From positions 66,675-130,674 of the forward strand of contig JBOGTG010000045.1 in the NCBI GenBank assembly GCA_050692175.1: a DNA stretch of 64,000 nucleotides. The letters run 5' to 3'. Each line of letters starts with the position of its first letter. Position 1 is the first letter of the stretch. The position numbers were made by a program, and so were the translations under genes. The DNA is from Candidatus Limnocylindria bacterium. GTDB taxonomy: Bacteria > Chloroflexota > Limnocylindria > P2-11E. Shown piece by piece: positions 1 through 9,435 of the stretch. The notes under the pieces were generated by a model. The model worked only from the letters and a program-made list of their open reading frames with translations, did no database searches and had not been told where the DNA came from.

Positions 1-307
1 GTCACTGCCGGCCGCACTGCGGCAGCGCGAGCAGTGGGCCGTGCGTCTCATGGACATCGACGACCGCGTCGCGGTCCACGTAAAGACGCTTCAGGAGCGC
101 GGGATGAAGAGCCCCTACCTCCGGCAGGTCATCGTCGCGCGCTGCAACCCCGTGCGTTGGATCCCTTCGAAGAAGGGCGAGAAGCCGCCGATGACCATGG
201 CCGAGCTGCTCACTCGCATGACCGCGAACCTCCGCAAATTCGATCCGTCGAAGGTGCGGCCGCAAGACCTTGCGATCGTCGCCGCGGTGGCGCCAGAGGA
301 GGGCTAG
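1..307 (+). CDS. C-terminal fragment of an unknown protein; reading frame is open to the window edge (no stop upstream of GTG 41)
   Basis: In-frame open from nt 2 with no stop; 88-aa tail looks protein-like; antisense ORF 2..346 is Arg-rich shadow. Confidence 0.35.
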   Translation, partial: SLPAALRQREQWAVRLMDIDDRVAVHVKTLQERGMKSPYLRQVIVARCNPVRWIPSKKGEKPPMTMAELLTRMTANLRKFDPSKVRPQDLAIVAAVAPEEG

Positions 308-308
308 G

Positions 309-491
309 CTAGCGCTCGCCTTCGATCTTCTTCCTCTCCCAGACAAACGAGGCCCGCTTGAAGGGCGAGAGCACGATTACCTCCACGAGGCGCCAGCCGT
401 CTTGGGCGACAAAGTTCAGGTGCTCGTCGGCGGCCTGCTGGACGTCCGCCGGTCTCATCGCCGTGACCTCTACTCGAACTCGTTGCGCCAA
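309..491 (-). CDS. small DUF4177-like protein (60 aa)
   Basis: MAQRVRVEV...DGWRLVEVIV pattern resembles DUF4177 (..GWELVSV) small proteins; compact ORF between flanking genes. Confidence 0.4.
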   Translation of the reverse strand: MAQRVRVEVTAMRPADVQQAADEHLNFVAQDGWRLVEVIVLSPFKRASFVWERKKIEGER

Positions 492-686
492 TGTCCAGAT
501 GCCATGATCCGCAATCTAGGGACGAAGCCTCTGACATCGTCCAAGAAACTCGGTTGCGCTCAAATCTAGGTTCCATCCGCGCTCCGTCAAAACGTTCATT
601 CGTACGGCCGAGCCATCCATCGTTCGCACCCCAACCCGCGCGTGAGGCCATCCCTCGCCGTGCCACCCGCGAAGCGCCGGGTGCCG

Positions 687-1199
687 TCAGTGGCCGAGCG
701 CCAGTCCTGCCGCGGCGCCGATCGCGATCACCAATGCGGGATGGATCGATCCGCGATACGTCAGGACTGTCCCCACGGCGACCAGCGCGAGTTGCCACCA
801 TGAGGGCGAGCCCGTTGCCGTCACGATCCCAATGCCCGTCGCTGCGAGGAGACCCCCGGTCGCGAGGGCGACGCCGCGCACCAGTCCGGCCACGGGCGGA
901 GCGAGCAGCCGGCGCCTGGCGAGCGCGGTGATGGGCACGATGATGAGCGGGGGGAGCGATGCTGCGAGGAGCGCCATCGTGGCACCGACGACACCCGCGA
1001 CGAGGTAGCCGAGGCTCACGATGTACAAGCCGTTGGGTCCGGTCGAGATCCGCCCGATCGCGATTGCTTGCACGACCTGGTCGTCCGTCGCGATTCCTGG
1101 CGCGACGAGGTCCGCCTGGAGGAGCGGGAGTGACGAGAGCCCTCCGAGCGATAGCGCGGACGCCTTGAGGAAAACGCCAAAAAGCGCGAGTGCGTCCAT
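687..1199 (-). CDS. chrA: chromate transporter ChrA-family protein (second half-size paralog)
   Basis: MDALALFGVFLKASALSLGGLSSLPLL... typical ChrA membrane repeat; long ORF upstream of Met146 is Arg-rich junk so start placed at 1199. Confidence 0.7.
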   Translation of the reverse strand: MDALALFGVFLKASALSLGGLSSLPLLQADLVAPGIATDDQVVQAIAIGRISTGPNGLYIVSLGYLVAGVVGATMALLAASLPPLIIVPITALARRRLLAPPVAGLVRGVALATGGLLAATGIGIVTATGSPSWWQLALVAVGTVLTYRGSIHPALVIAIGAAAGLALGH

Positions 1200-1201
1200 G
1201 T

Positions 1202-1828
1202 CTACCCCACGGAGCTTTCGCGCGAGGTCGGCGGCTCGCGGCCGAGTGCGAGCGCGCCGATCGCCGCCCCAGCTCCGATCGCACCGAGTGCCGGTACCCC
1301 GAGGAATACGGCCGCCGCGACTGAGGCGAGGCATACCGCGACGTCGATCGCGAGGTGCGTGCGGCCATGTCGCGCCGACGCGCGCACCAGCAGAGCGGCC
1401 GTCGCGATGGTCATCCCTCCCGTCACCGGCGCGACGCCGGCGAGCGCCGCGAGAGCCAGCGGCGACGCGGCGATGAGTCCGTACGCCGCCGTGAGTGCGA
1501 CCGTGATTGCCGCGGCCGGAATCATCATTCCCGCGACCGCGGCGACGACGCCACGCCAACCGGCGGCACGACGTCCGATGAGGCCGGCGAGCGCTACGAG
1601 GTGGATACCGGGCGAGAGCTGCGACAGCGCCCACGCCTCACCGAACTCTCGCGGGCTCATCCAGCGCTCGCGATCGACGGCGAGGCGTCGAATCAGTAGC
1701 AAAGTACTAGTACCGCCACCCACGGATTGAGTGCCCACGGTCACCCATGAGCGGGTCAACCTCGCCAGCATGGCCGTTAACCTAGCGGTGATGGATGTGG
1801 TGGGTCGCCAGGAAGCTCCTGTGTTCAC
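1202..1828 (-). CDS. chrA: chromate transporter ChrA-family protein (first half-size paralog)
   Basis: GGGTSTLLLIRRLAVDRERWMSPREFGEAWALSQLSPGIHLV matches ChrA N-terminal motif (..FGGP.AHIAM...GWLSE.EF.DALALCQLLPGP); start uncertain (1660-1828). Confidence 0.7.
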   Translation of the reverse strand: MNTGASWRPTTSITARLTAMLARLTRSWVTVGTQSVGGGTSTLLLIRRLAVDRERWMSPREFGEAWALSQLSPGIHLVALAGLIGRRAAGWRGVVAAVAGMMIPAAAITVALTAAYGLIAASPLALAALAGVAPVTGGMTIATAALLVRASARHGRTHLAIDVAVCLASVAAAVFLGVPALGAIGAGAAIGALALGREPPTSRESSVG

Positions 1829-2618
1829 CTGGAATCCCGTCGAACAGATGTGGGTACAGGAACGTGGCGGCGCGGCTAAACCTCCCCCGGCTCCACACGA
1901 CGTCCACGCGATCCAGACCTGGTTTCTTGATGCCGATGAAAACGAATGGATTCAAACGGTCCTGGGGCCGATGGGCCGTCAGCTTGCGGCGCAGTGGCGA
2001 GGGGCCTACCGCGTTCCAGACGCCGCGATCGCTCGCCCAGCCACCACCACCAAGAAGCGGAACCCGCTTCCCATCCTCGTCGGGCTCGTGGTGCTGGTTG
2101 CGCTCGTCGGTGGGGTCGCTGTCGCGGCGCCCGAGCTCATGAATGCGACCGCGTCTCCCACGCCCTCGGGGGCCGCCGTTGTCCCCTCGACCGACCCCGG
2201 ACCCGCGCAGTCGGCCGCGCCGACGGCCGCGCCAACTCCCGAGCCGACGCCCGAACCCACGCAAGCCCCGGCGACACAGGCCCCGGCGACGGCGCGTCCT
2301 CGTCCGGCTGGGCCGTCGTACACGCTCAAGAATGGCACGGTCGTGACCTACACCGGCCCGCTCACGGCCGCGCGCAACGCGACGCTTCCGGCGTCGTTCT
2401 CCGTGGTCCTTGCGAACGGGAGGGCCGCGAGCGGCGCGTTCGGCGTCTTCCTGAACGACCCGAGCTCACCCGCGAACCGCCGCGCGATGAACGGAACCCT
2501 CGATGGGAACGGCCGCATCCTGCTTCAGGTCCCGACGAATGTCGTCGCCGGTTCATACCAGCTCCTGTTCTCGTACGGCGGCGAGACCGCGCAGATCGCG
2601 ACCGTGACGGTCCGCTAA
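1731..2618 (+). CDS. hypothetical membrane-anchored protein with Pro/Thr-rich linker
   Basis: Long ORF, one TM segment (PILVGLVVLVALVGGVAVAA) followed by PTPEPTPEPTQAPATQAPA linker and ~110-aa C-terminal domain; start may be a later Met (1770-1791). Confidence 0.5.
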   Translation: MPTVTHERVNLASMAVNLAVMDVVGRQEAPVFTWNPVEQMWVQERGGAAKPPPAPHDVHAIQTWFLDADENEWIQTVLGPMGRQLAAQWRGAYRVPDAAIARPATTTKKRNPLPILVGLVVLVALVGGVAVAAPELMNATASPTPSGAAVVPSTDPGPAQSAAPTAAPTPEPTPEPTQAPATQAPATARPRPAGPSYTLKNGTVVTYTGPLTAARNATLPASFSVVLANGRAASGAFGVFLNDPSSPANRRAMNGTLDGNGRILLQVPTNVVAGSYQLLFSYGGETAQIATVTVR

Positions 2619-2621
2619 GCC

Positions 2622-4679
2622 CTAGGCCGCGCGCACCGTCACGATCCAAAAGACGCCGAAGTCCTCCATCCACTGCGCACCCTCGATCAGCGGGCGGATC
2701 GCGAGGCGATACGTTCCCGGCGCTGAAGGTGCCACGATCGTGAACTGGAACCACGCCACCTGGTTCGGTCCGACCCACTCCGCCGGCTGCACCGCGACGC
2801 GGTTGTAGCGTGGCCAGTCCGTGTCCGGCGATCCGGCCGCGCCGTCACCGCCGAGCATCGACGGACGGTCCTGACCGGGCTCCGGATTCCATGTTCCGAG
2901 GTACGCGACCTGGCCCATCGTGTCGGCGAGCCAACCGCGCGTCCCGCTGTTGTAGTACGCGACGACCGCCGTCGCGGTCTGGCCCGGGCAAAGGGTCGAG
3001 TACCCACTCTGGCCGTACCAGGACGCGTGGAATCCGCCGATACCGGAAGCGACCGTCCCGGGAGCCGCGATGCCGGGACCATCGGTCCGCTGGCACGGGG
3101 CGGGCGGGGGCGAGGGCGAGGGGGTCGGGGTCGGGGTTGGTGTTGGCGGTGCCGCGCCGAGGGTGGTCACATGCCCGGCGACTATCGTCGCCTGGCCGAG
3201 AACGCCACCGGTCACCCGAGTCGAGCTCGTCGTGATGCGGTAGGTGCCCGTCGGAAGATCCACGAAGCCGAACCATCCCTTGCCGTCGGTCGTCGCGCTG
3301 CGCAGGACCACGCCGGCGCTCATCTCGACCAGCTGGACGACCGTTCCCGTCAGGGGCGTCCCGTCGGACGCGAGTGCGGTCCCGCGCAGGTGCCCGAAGA
3401 TCGCCTGCGTCTTCCACGTCATCGGCGGCACCGGCTGTGTGTCGGCGAACACGGGCGGAACGATCGTCTCGTACTCGGAGGGCTGTGTCAGCCCACGGAT
3501 GAGCTCCGCAAGGCTCGCTGCGCCGCTGCGCGTCCCGGCGTCGGCCATGACGTCCGGAGTGCGGTAGGAGTAGCCGATCCAGCCGCCCGAGGCGCTGCCG
3601 GCCGCGCTCGGTGAGACCGCTCGTCGAGCCTGACTCACGCTGGACGGGATCGTGTTGAGGTAGAGCGCGGTACCGATCACGGACGACCGGCGGTACTGGT
3701 TGTCCTTTGCGAACTCGCTCCACTCGTCGTACATGCGGCGCTGATTGCCTGGCTCGGTCGCGAGGGAATCGCGCTTGTAGTTCATGAGCATCGCCGTGTC
3801 GACGATCCCCTCGCGCAACCAGCCGCGCCAGTCCTGCAGCTGCTCGACGTACGCACGGGTGGCCTCGAAGCTGCCCATCGTCTGCGGTCCGTTCCCGTAG
3901 GTGATGGTGTCGGCCGACACCCGGACCATCGGCTTCAGTGCCGTCGAATCGAGGTAGACCCGGCGCATGATCGCGCTGATCTGATCCCGCCGCCACGCGG
4001 TCCACTGCGAATCGTTGTTCGCCGGAATCCCGACACGCCCGGTCTCGGCTCGGAAGCGCTCGAGCGCGGTCGGGTTGTAGCCCCACGAGGGAATGCCGCC
4101 GGGATTGCCGTCGGGGTACCTGATGCGATCCAGGTTGATACCGTCGACCTCGTAGTTGCGGACGATGGCGGTCGCCGTGTTCACCACCCAGGCCGCCGCG
4201 TCGGGGTGCCCCGGATCCAGATACCAGTCGTCGCCCAACTTGGACAGCCCGTCAGAGCGGGTCATGACCCAGTTGTCGCGTCCGGACGCCGCCGGCCCGT
4301 GCAGGTTGAAGAGGTGGCTCGAATCCAGCGGCGGCGTCGTGTTGTTCCACATCGCCGTGGCGATGATCCACGCGTGCACCTCGATGCCCTGCCCGTGCGC
4401 GGTGTTGATCAGCGCCTGCAGAGGATCGAAGCCCGGCGCAAGGCCCTCGTTTACGGGCAGCCCCGCACGCAAGCAGAAGCAGTCCCCACGCCGGACGACC
4501 TGCGCGACGATCGCGTTCGCATGCGCCGCTTTCGTCGCGGCGACGAGCGCGTCGATCTCCGCCTGGTCGTTGATGCCTTCGCCGAAGGCGTCCGCCCAGA
4601 ACGCCCGGAACTGGCCGGCCGGGGCCGCCGTCCCGATCGGAGCGATCTCTGCCGGGTAGGTGGCGAACAAGCTGGCCAA
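2622..4679 (-). CDS. secreted glycosyl-hydrolase-like family 10 (GHL10/DUF4015-type) protein with carboxypeptidase-regulatory-like beta-sandwich and C-terminal uncharacterised ~135-aa domain
   Basis: 685-aa ORF; TIM-barrel-like N-region; PTPTPTPTPSPSPPP linker; C-terminal domain 70% identical to N-terminal domain of ORF 19128..20429; annotated TTG start lacks signal peptide but upstream in-frame codons encode one. Confidence 0.6.
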   Translation of the reverse strand: MASLFATYPAEIAPIGTAAPAGQFRAFWADAFGEGINDQAEIDALVAATKAAHANAIVAQVVRRGDCFCLRAGLPVNEGLAPGFDPLQALINTAHGQGIEVHAWIIATAMWNNTTPPLDSSHLFNLHGPAASGRDNWVMTRSDGLSKLGDDWYLDPGHPDAAAWVVNTATAIVRNYEVDGINLDRIRYPDGNPGGIPSWGYNPTALERFRAETGRVGIPANNDSQWTAWRRDQISAIMRRVYLDSTALKPMVRVSADTITYGNGPQTMGSFEATRAYVEQLQDWRGWLREGIVDTAMLMNYKRDSLATEPGNQRRMYDEWSEFAKDNQYRRSSVIGTALYLNTIPSSVSQARRAVSPSAAGSASGGWIGYSYRTPDVMADAGTRSGAASLAELIRGLTQPSEYETIVPPVFADTQPVPPMTWKTQAIFGHLRGTALASDGTPLTGTVVQLVEMSAGVVLRSATTDGKGWFGFVDLPTGTYRITTSSTRVTGGVLGQATIVAGHVTTLGAAPPTPTPTPTPSPSPPPAPCQRTDGPGIAAPGTVASGIGGFHASWYGQSGYSTLCPGQTATAVVAYYNSGTRGWLADTMGQVAYLGTWNPEPGQDRPSMLGGDGAAGSPDTDWPRYNRVAVQPAEWVGPNQVAWFQFTIVAPSAPGTYRLAIRPLIEGAQWMEDFGVFWIVTVRAA

Positions 4680-4914
4680 GTACCAGAGGACAGCCGCAAG
4701 CGTGGTGGTGAGCCTCAGAGTTTTCCTTCCTCAACGCGCGTAACGATCTGCTAACGACAAGTCTTCGGGGCTCGGTGGGTCGAGTCAAGCGAGCGAGCGA
4801 GGGATATTCCTGGGAACAGTCGTACCAGTCGGCGGTCATTTTTCTCAGGACGAATGTCTTTGCGCTTGTCTCGGTGCTCTTGCAGACGCACGCCCGAGCG
4901 TATCGTTCCGCGCC

Positions 4915-5586
4915 GTGAACACCGAAGCGGTCGCGCGCGTCCTCGCCGGCGCGCCGGTGTTCAGCGCGCTCAGCGAAGCGGAGCGAAAGGAGCTCGTCGG
5001 TCTGCTTCGGGCGCGGCGGTTCTCACGAGATGAGGTCGTGTTCCACCGCGACGACCCGGCGGGTCACCTCTACGTGATCCTGTCGGGCAGGGTCAAGGTC
5101 TCGATACCCGATGAGGAAGGTCGCGAGGTGGTCGTTGCCGTGGAGCGTGAGGGCGCGGTCTTCGGTGAGCTCGCTCTCTTTGACGACGCGCCGCGCTCGG
5201 CGACGGTCACGGCGCTCGACGAGACGCAGGTCGTGACGCTCGCCCGCGAGGACTTCCTTCGCGTCCTGGAGCGAAGCCCTCGCGCCACGCGGGAGATCCT
5301 CCGGTTGCTCGCGCGGACGGTCCGGCGGGCGTCCGGACGGATCGAGGACCTCGTCTTCCTCGACGTGCCCGGTAGGGTCGCGAAGTGCCTGCTCGACCTG
5401 GCAACAGCACACGCACGCACGGAGATCGAGCTGACCCAGGACGACCTGGCGGCCTTCGTGGGCGCGACGCGGGTCTCCGTGAACCGAGCGCTCGCGGATC
5501 TCGAGTCCCAGGGCGCGATCGCGGTCGGCCGCCGTCACATCGCGGTCAAGGACCCCGCGCTCCTGCGCAAGCAGGTCCGCTACTGA
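4915..5586 (+). CDS. Crp/Fnr-family transcriptional regulator (cNMP-binding + HTH)
   Basis: 223 aa; RFSRDEVVFHRDDPAGHLYVILSGRVKV cNMP-binding beta-roll, C-terminal TRVSVNRALADLE HTH. Confidence 0.85.
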   Translation: MNTEAVARVLAGAPVFSALSEAERKELVGLLRARRFSRDEVVFHRDDPAGHLYVILSGRVKVSIPDEEGREVVVAVEREGAVFGELALFDDAPRSATVTALDETQVVTLAREDFLRVLERSPRATREILRLLARTVRRASGRIEDLVFLDVPGRVAKCLLDLATAHARTEIELTQDDLAAFVGATRVSVNRALADLESQGAIAVGRRHIAVKDPALLRKQVRY

Positions 5587-5608
5587 TGACTCCTAGACTC
5601 TCTCGTCC

Positions 5609-6286
5609 GTGAAGGTCGAAGAGCTTCGCAAGATGGCCGGCACGCTGGCCGACGTGCTTCCGATCCACATCCTGTCGGAGGCCGATCGCCAGGACCTCGC
5701 GAGCCACATGACGCTCCGCAAGTTCAAACAAGACGAAGTCGTCTATCACCAGGGCGACCCGGCGGCGCACTGGTTCGTGGTCTTCGAGGGGCTCGTGAAG
5801 GTGCTGCTTCTCGATGAGAACGGACGTGAGCTTCTCATCTCGCTGCACTCGCGCGGCGAGTTCTTCGGGGAGCTCGTCATCTTCGAGGACAAGGTCCCGC
5901 GTGATGGCACGGCAGTCTGTGTCATACCGACGAGCGTTTTCCAGATCGACCGCGACGGATCGCTCGCCGTCCTCAGGCGCAACGAGGAAACGCGAAAGCA
6001 TATGTTCGAGCGTCTCTCGCGCAGCATCCGCAAGCTGGAAGGTCAGGTCGAGGATTTCGCCTTCCTCGACGTGACCAGCCGCCTCGCAAAGTACCTCGTC
6101 GAGGTCGGACGTCTCGGGGCGTCCCTGCCGCTGACGCAGGACGACCTCGCGGCCGCGGTCGGCTCCACGCGGATGACTGTGAACAAGCTCCTCGCCGACT
6201 TCGAGCGGCGCGGTCTCATCAACGTCGAGCGTCGCAACGTGCGCGTGCTTAACGAGAAGTCGCTCCTCCGTGAGATCCGCGTCTAG
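5609..6286 (+). CDS. Crp/Fnr-family transcriptional regulator, tandem paralog
   Basis: 225 aa; same architecture (KFKQDEVVYHQGDPAAHWFVVFEGLVKV ... TRMTVNKLLADFE); GTG start 23 nt after upstream paralog. Confidence 0.85.
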   Translation: MKVEELRKMAGTLADVLPIHILSEADRQDLASHMTLRKFKQDEVVYHQGDPAAHWFVVFEGLVKVLLLDENGRELLISLHSRGEFFGELVIFEDKVPRDGTAVCVIPTSVFQIDRDGSLAVLRRNEETRKHMFERLSRSIRKLEGQVEDFAFLDVTSRLAKYLVEVGRLGASLPLTQDDLAAAVGSTRMTVNKLLADFERRGLINVERRNVRVLNEKSLLREIRV

Positions 6287-6948
6287 AAAAGGTCCGTCAG
6301 CCAGCGCATGCGCTTGTGCGCCGGTTCGGGCGCCCGCTCCGTGGGCTCGAGACTGGCGAGGTCGTCGTGCAACGCGAGCGCGAGCACCCGCGTCGCTTCC
6401 TTCGTCGGGGCACCTCGCGGCACGGCGCGCGGCATGCCCGCGATCGTCGCGAGCTCCCTTCGTAGGTACAGCTCCGCCGTTCCACTGAGCCAGACCGGAA
6501 GGATGGGCGCGCCGGACCGCAGGGCGAGGTAGCCGACGCCGCGGGCGAAGGGTCCGAGCGACGATTCAACGCGCGAGACACGACCCTCCGCGAACACGAC
6601 GACGACCTCACCGCGCGCGAGGGCCGCGAGCGTCGCCGCGATCGCGGCGCGATCCCCCGTGTTCGAAGTGCGCTCGATCAAGATCACCATGCCGACGGCG
6701 CGAAGCACCGCGCGCCACCACCACACCTTCGTGGTCCCCTCGCGATCTCCGAGAAGCCGTACCTCGGCGCTCAGCGGGAAGGATGCCGCGAGGAGAAAGC
6801 CATCCGCCCAGCCCTGATGATTCGCGACTACGAGAAGTGGTCCCCGCGCCGGCAGCGTTCCGTAGTGGCGCACGCGGAAGATCGCCGCGAAGAGGCCGCG
6901 GACGATCAGACGCGCGATCCGGGAGCGCACGCGATAAGCCTGAGCCAT
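6283..6948 (-). CDS. plsC: 1-acyl-sn-glycerol-3-phosphate acyltransferase (PlsC/LPLAT family)
   Basis: HX4D motif NHQGWAD, FAEGRVS and PILPVWL acyltransferase motifs. Confidence 0.75.
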   Translation of the reverse strand: MAQAYRVRSRIARLIVRGLFAAIFRVRHYGTLPARGPLLVVANHQGWADGFLLAASFPLSAEVRLLGDREGTTKVWWWRAVLRAVGMVILIERTSNTGDRAAIAATLAALARGEVVVVFAEGRVSRVESSLGPFARGVGYLALRSGAPILPVWLSGTAELYLRRELATIAGMPRAVPRGAPTKEATRVLALALHDDLASLEPTERAPEPAHKRMRWLTDLF

Positions 6949-7022
6949 CCGCGCAATAGGTGCGGGTCCCTGCCACCGCGGGAGGGCACGGACGGCCTAG
7001 GACCCGAACGAGGTGCGGGTGG

Positions 7023-7892
7023 TCACGCGAGCGTCGTCGGAAGTGACTGGCGGCGGCGCCAGAAATCGGCCCACGGTTCGGCGCGGGCGAGGCGCCGCTC
7101 GAAGGTACGAACGTTGAACGTACCGGGATCGAGCTTGGCCGACACCTCGTCCCACGCGAGCGGGGTTGAGACCGGAGCCCGTGGCCGGCGCCGCACGCTG
7201 TACGGCGGGACGATCGTCTGACCGTGGGCGTTCCGCATCGCGTCGGCGAAAACTCTGGCGCCGCGTTTCGCTTTCGAGAATTCGACCGTGACGAGCTCAG
7301 GTTCGCGCCGCGCGAGCTCCTCGCCGAGCGAAACCGCGGCCGCGACCGCCCGCTGGGGGGTGACGCCGGCGCGCAGCGGGCAGAACACGTGCAGGCCGCG
7401 ACTGCCCGACGTCTTCGTGTAGGAGACGAGCCCGACCTCGTCGAGCACTTTCCGCAGGGCCAGACCCGCCCGTGCGGCGTCGGCGAACTCGCCGGTCTGC
7501 GGGTCCATGTCGAACGCGAGCCAGTCAACCTGCTGCATGTGCGAAGCGCGCGTGCTCATCACGTGGATGGCGATGCACCCGAGGTTGACCATGCTGATAA
7601 GCGTCGAGCGCGCACCGCCGACGATGTAATGCACGTCCTTGCCCGTGGTGCTCGCGCGAAGGACGAGCCGCGGTCCGGGTGGCGGTTTGTCCTCGGGAAA
7701 GTTCTTCTGGTAGAAGCAGCCTCCGAGCATGCCGTCGGGGCAGCGCTCCGCCGTCAGGGGACGATCGCGGAGCCATGGCGCCACTTGAGACGAGATCCCG
7801 TCGTAGAACCGCGCGACGTCGGCCTTGGTGATGGCTTCGTCGGGCCACCAGACCTTGTCTGGATTGCTGATCGTGACGCCGGCAACCTTGAC
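7023..7892 (-). CDS. DNA ligase D polymerase/primase domain protein (LigD PolDom), stand-alone
   Basis: VTISNPDKVWWPDEAITKADVARFYDGI...HVFCPL...RGARVFADAMRNAHGQTIVPPYSVRRRP are hallmark NHEJ polymerase motifs; ORF extends to 8000 but probable GTG start ~7892 just after ligase stop. Confidence 0.85.
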   Translation of the reverse strand, partial: VKVAGVTISNPDKVWWPDEAITKADVARFYDGISSQVAPWLRDRPLTAERCPDGMLGGCFYQKNFPEDKPPPGPRLVLRASTTGKDVHYIVGGARSTLISMVNLGCIAIHVMSTRASHMQQVDWLAFDMDPQTGEFADAARAGLALRKVLDEVGLVSYTKTSGSRGLHVFCPLRAGVTPQRAVAAAVSLGEELARREPELVTVEFSKAKRGARVFADAMRNAHGQTIVPPYSVRRRPRAPVSTPLAWDEVSAKLDPGTFNVRTFERRLARAEPWADFWRRRQSLPTTLA

Positions 7893-7896
7893 GGTC

Positions 7897-8823
7897 TCAG
7901 CGCTCACGCTCGCTCCAGGTGCACTCGGACGGGGCTTTGTCCGTACGCAGGCCGAGGAAGGCCGGCTGGCGCAGCTTGCCATCGGCGGTCCACTCCGCAT
8001 AGACGAGCTGGGCGACGAGCTTCGGACGGACCCACGTCGCGTCGGGCATGCGAGGCGCGGGGTCGAATGGCGGCTTGTCCGTACGCAGCCGCTCGAGCTT
8101 CGCCGAGAGCATGTCGAGGGTGTCCTGCGTGAATCCCGTGCCCACCTTGCCGACGTAGCGGAGCTTCGGTCCGTCGTACAGGCCGACGAGAAGCGCCCCC
8201 AGATGCTGGCGGCCGCCTTTCGGGGCAGTGAAGCCGCCGATCACGAACTCGGACTCTTTCCGCACCTTGACCTTCCGCCAATACGGCGAGCGAATGCCCG
8301 GCTGATACGGCGACCCCTCGTCCTTCGCGATGACCCCTTCCCAGCCGAGGCGCTTGGCTTCGCGGTACGCCGCCTTCCCGTTGCGGACGAGGCGTCGCGA
8401 CACAAAGAGCGCGCCAGTGCGATGGCCTATGACTTCCTCGAGCGCGGCGCGTCGGTCGCTCAGGGGACGGCTCATGAGCGAACGGCCGTCCCGCTGCAGC
8501 AGATCGAAGATCGCGTAGCGCGTCGGCGACGCCCCCACGATGCCCCGCCGCTGAAGCAGCTGAAAGCGCGAAACGCCCTTCGCGTCCAGCGCGACGAGCT
8601 CGCCATCGAGCATGAGGTCGCCGTCGTCGAGCGCGCCGACCGCGTCGATCACGTGAGGGAATCCAGCGGTGAGGTCCAGTAGCGTGCGCGACCAGACCTT
8701 CACCCGGCCGCGTTTGCGGCTGGCGACCGCGCGGATGCCGTCGTACTTCTCCTCGAATACCCACTCCGGGCCTTCGACGATCTTCGGTGACAGCGTCGCG
8801 AGCATCGGACGAATCAGCTTCAC
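7897..8823 (-). CDS. ligD: ATP-dependent DNA ligase (LigD ligase domain), stand-alone
   Basis: KxDG adenylation motif EEKYDGIR, WEGVIAKD, OB-fold C-terminus; 308 aa. Confidence 0.9.
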   Translation of the reverse strand: MKLIRPMLATLSPKIVEGPEWVFEEKYDGIRAVASRKRGRVKVWSRTLLDLTAGFPHVIDAVGALDDGDLMLDGELVALDAKGVSRFQLLQRRGIVGASPTRYAIFDLLQRDGRSLMSRPLSDRRAALEEVIGHRTGALFVSRRLVRNGKAAYREAKRLGWEGVIAKDEGSPYQPGIRSPYWRKVKVRKESEFVIGGFTAPKGGRQHLGALLVGLYDGPKLRYVGKVGTGFTQDTLDMLSAKLERLRTDKPPFDPAPRMPDATWVRPKLVAQLVYAEWTADGKLRQPAFLGLRTDKAPSECTWSERER

Positions 8824-9435
8824 GCCGGATCGCCCGTCGCCGCTTTAACGACGTCACCGCCTTCATCGCGCGCGATCCCTGCGAGCAGTCGCCGTGTGAG
8901 CACCGATCGCGGCTTCTCTCTAGTGATGTCGGTGGTCGAGGCGTGACGGTCTTTTCGTTTCATGAGCAGCCACTGGCGTCCGCGCGTGCGGACGAGGACC
9001 CATCCGCCCCCGAGCTTCTTCCCATTGAGCGTGAACACGATTCGCCCTTTGCGCATCGCTTCGTCGAACGTCTCGTCGTCCTCGAGCCGGTACGTCCCGA
9101 TGTCCCAGACCATGACCGTGCCGCCGCCGTATTCACCCTCCGGGATCACGCCCTCGAACCGAGCGTAGTCGAGTGGATGGTCCTCGACGGCCATCGCCAG
9201 GCGTTTGACCTTGGGATCGAGGGAGGGACCCTTGGGCACCGCCCACGAGACAAGGACGCCGCCCGCTTCGAGGCGGAAGTCGTAGTGCAGCGCGCTGGCG
9301 CGGTGCTTCTGAACGACATAGAGCCGTTCGACGCCCTTCGGCTTCCCACCCTGCGGCTCGGGCGTCGTTGCGAAGTCGCGCTTGCGTTTGTATTCGCGGA
9401 GCGCGCGCGCGCGCTCCTTAGTCGCCGCGATCCTT
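8820..9435 (-). CDS. LigD 3'-phosphoesterase (PE) domain protein; conserved N-terminal 65 residues are in frame upstream of the reported GTG (9237) but no ATG/GTG/TTG start is available
   Basis: Manual translation upstream of 9239: RIAATKERARALREYKRKRDFATTPEPQGGKPKGVERLYVVQKHRASALHYDFRLEAGGVLVSWAVPKGPSLDPKV = canonical PE domain N-terminus; frame opens after TGA at ~9436. Confidence 0.75.

Noticed and set aside
304-1368. Long Arg/Pro/Gly-rich ORFs on the strand opposite to real genes (for example 304..1368, 2845..4086, 11834..13738, 23173..24756, 34813..36012, 42791..44659, 48019..49005, 9435..10217)
   Set aside because: Composition typical of antisense or out-of-frame translation of high-GC coding DNA. 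Each overlaps a gene with clear family motifs on the other strand.
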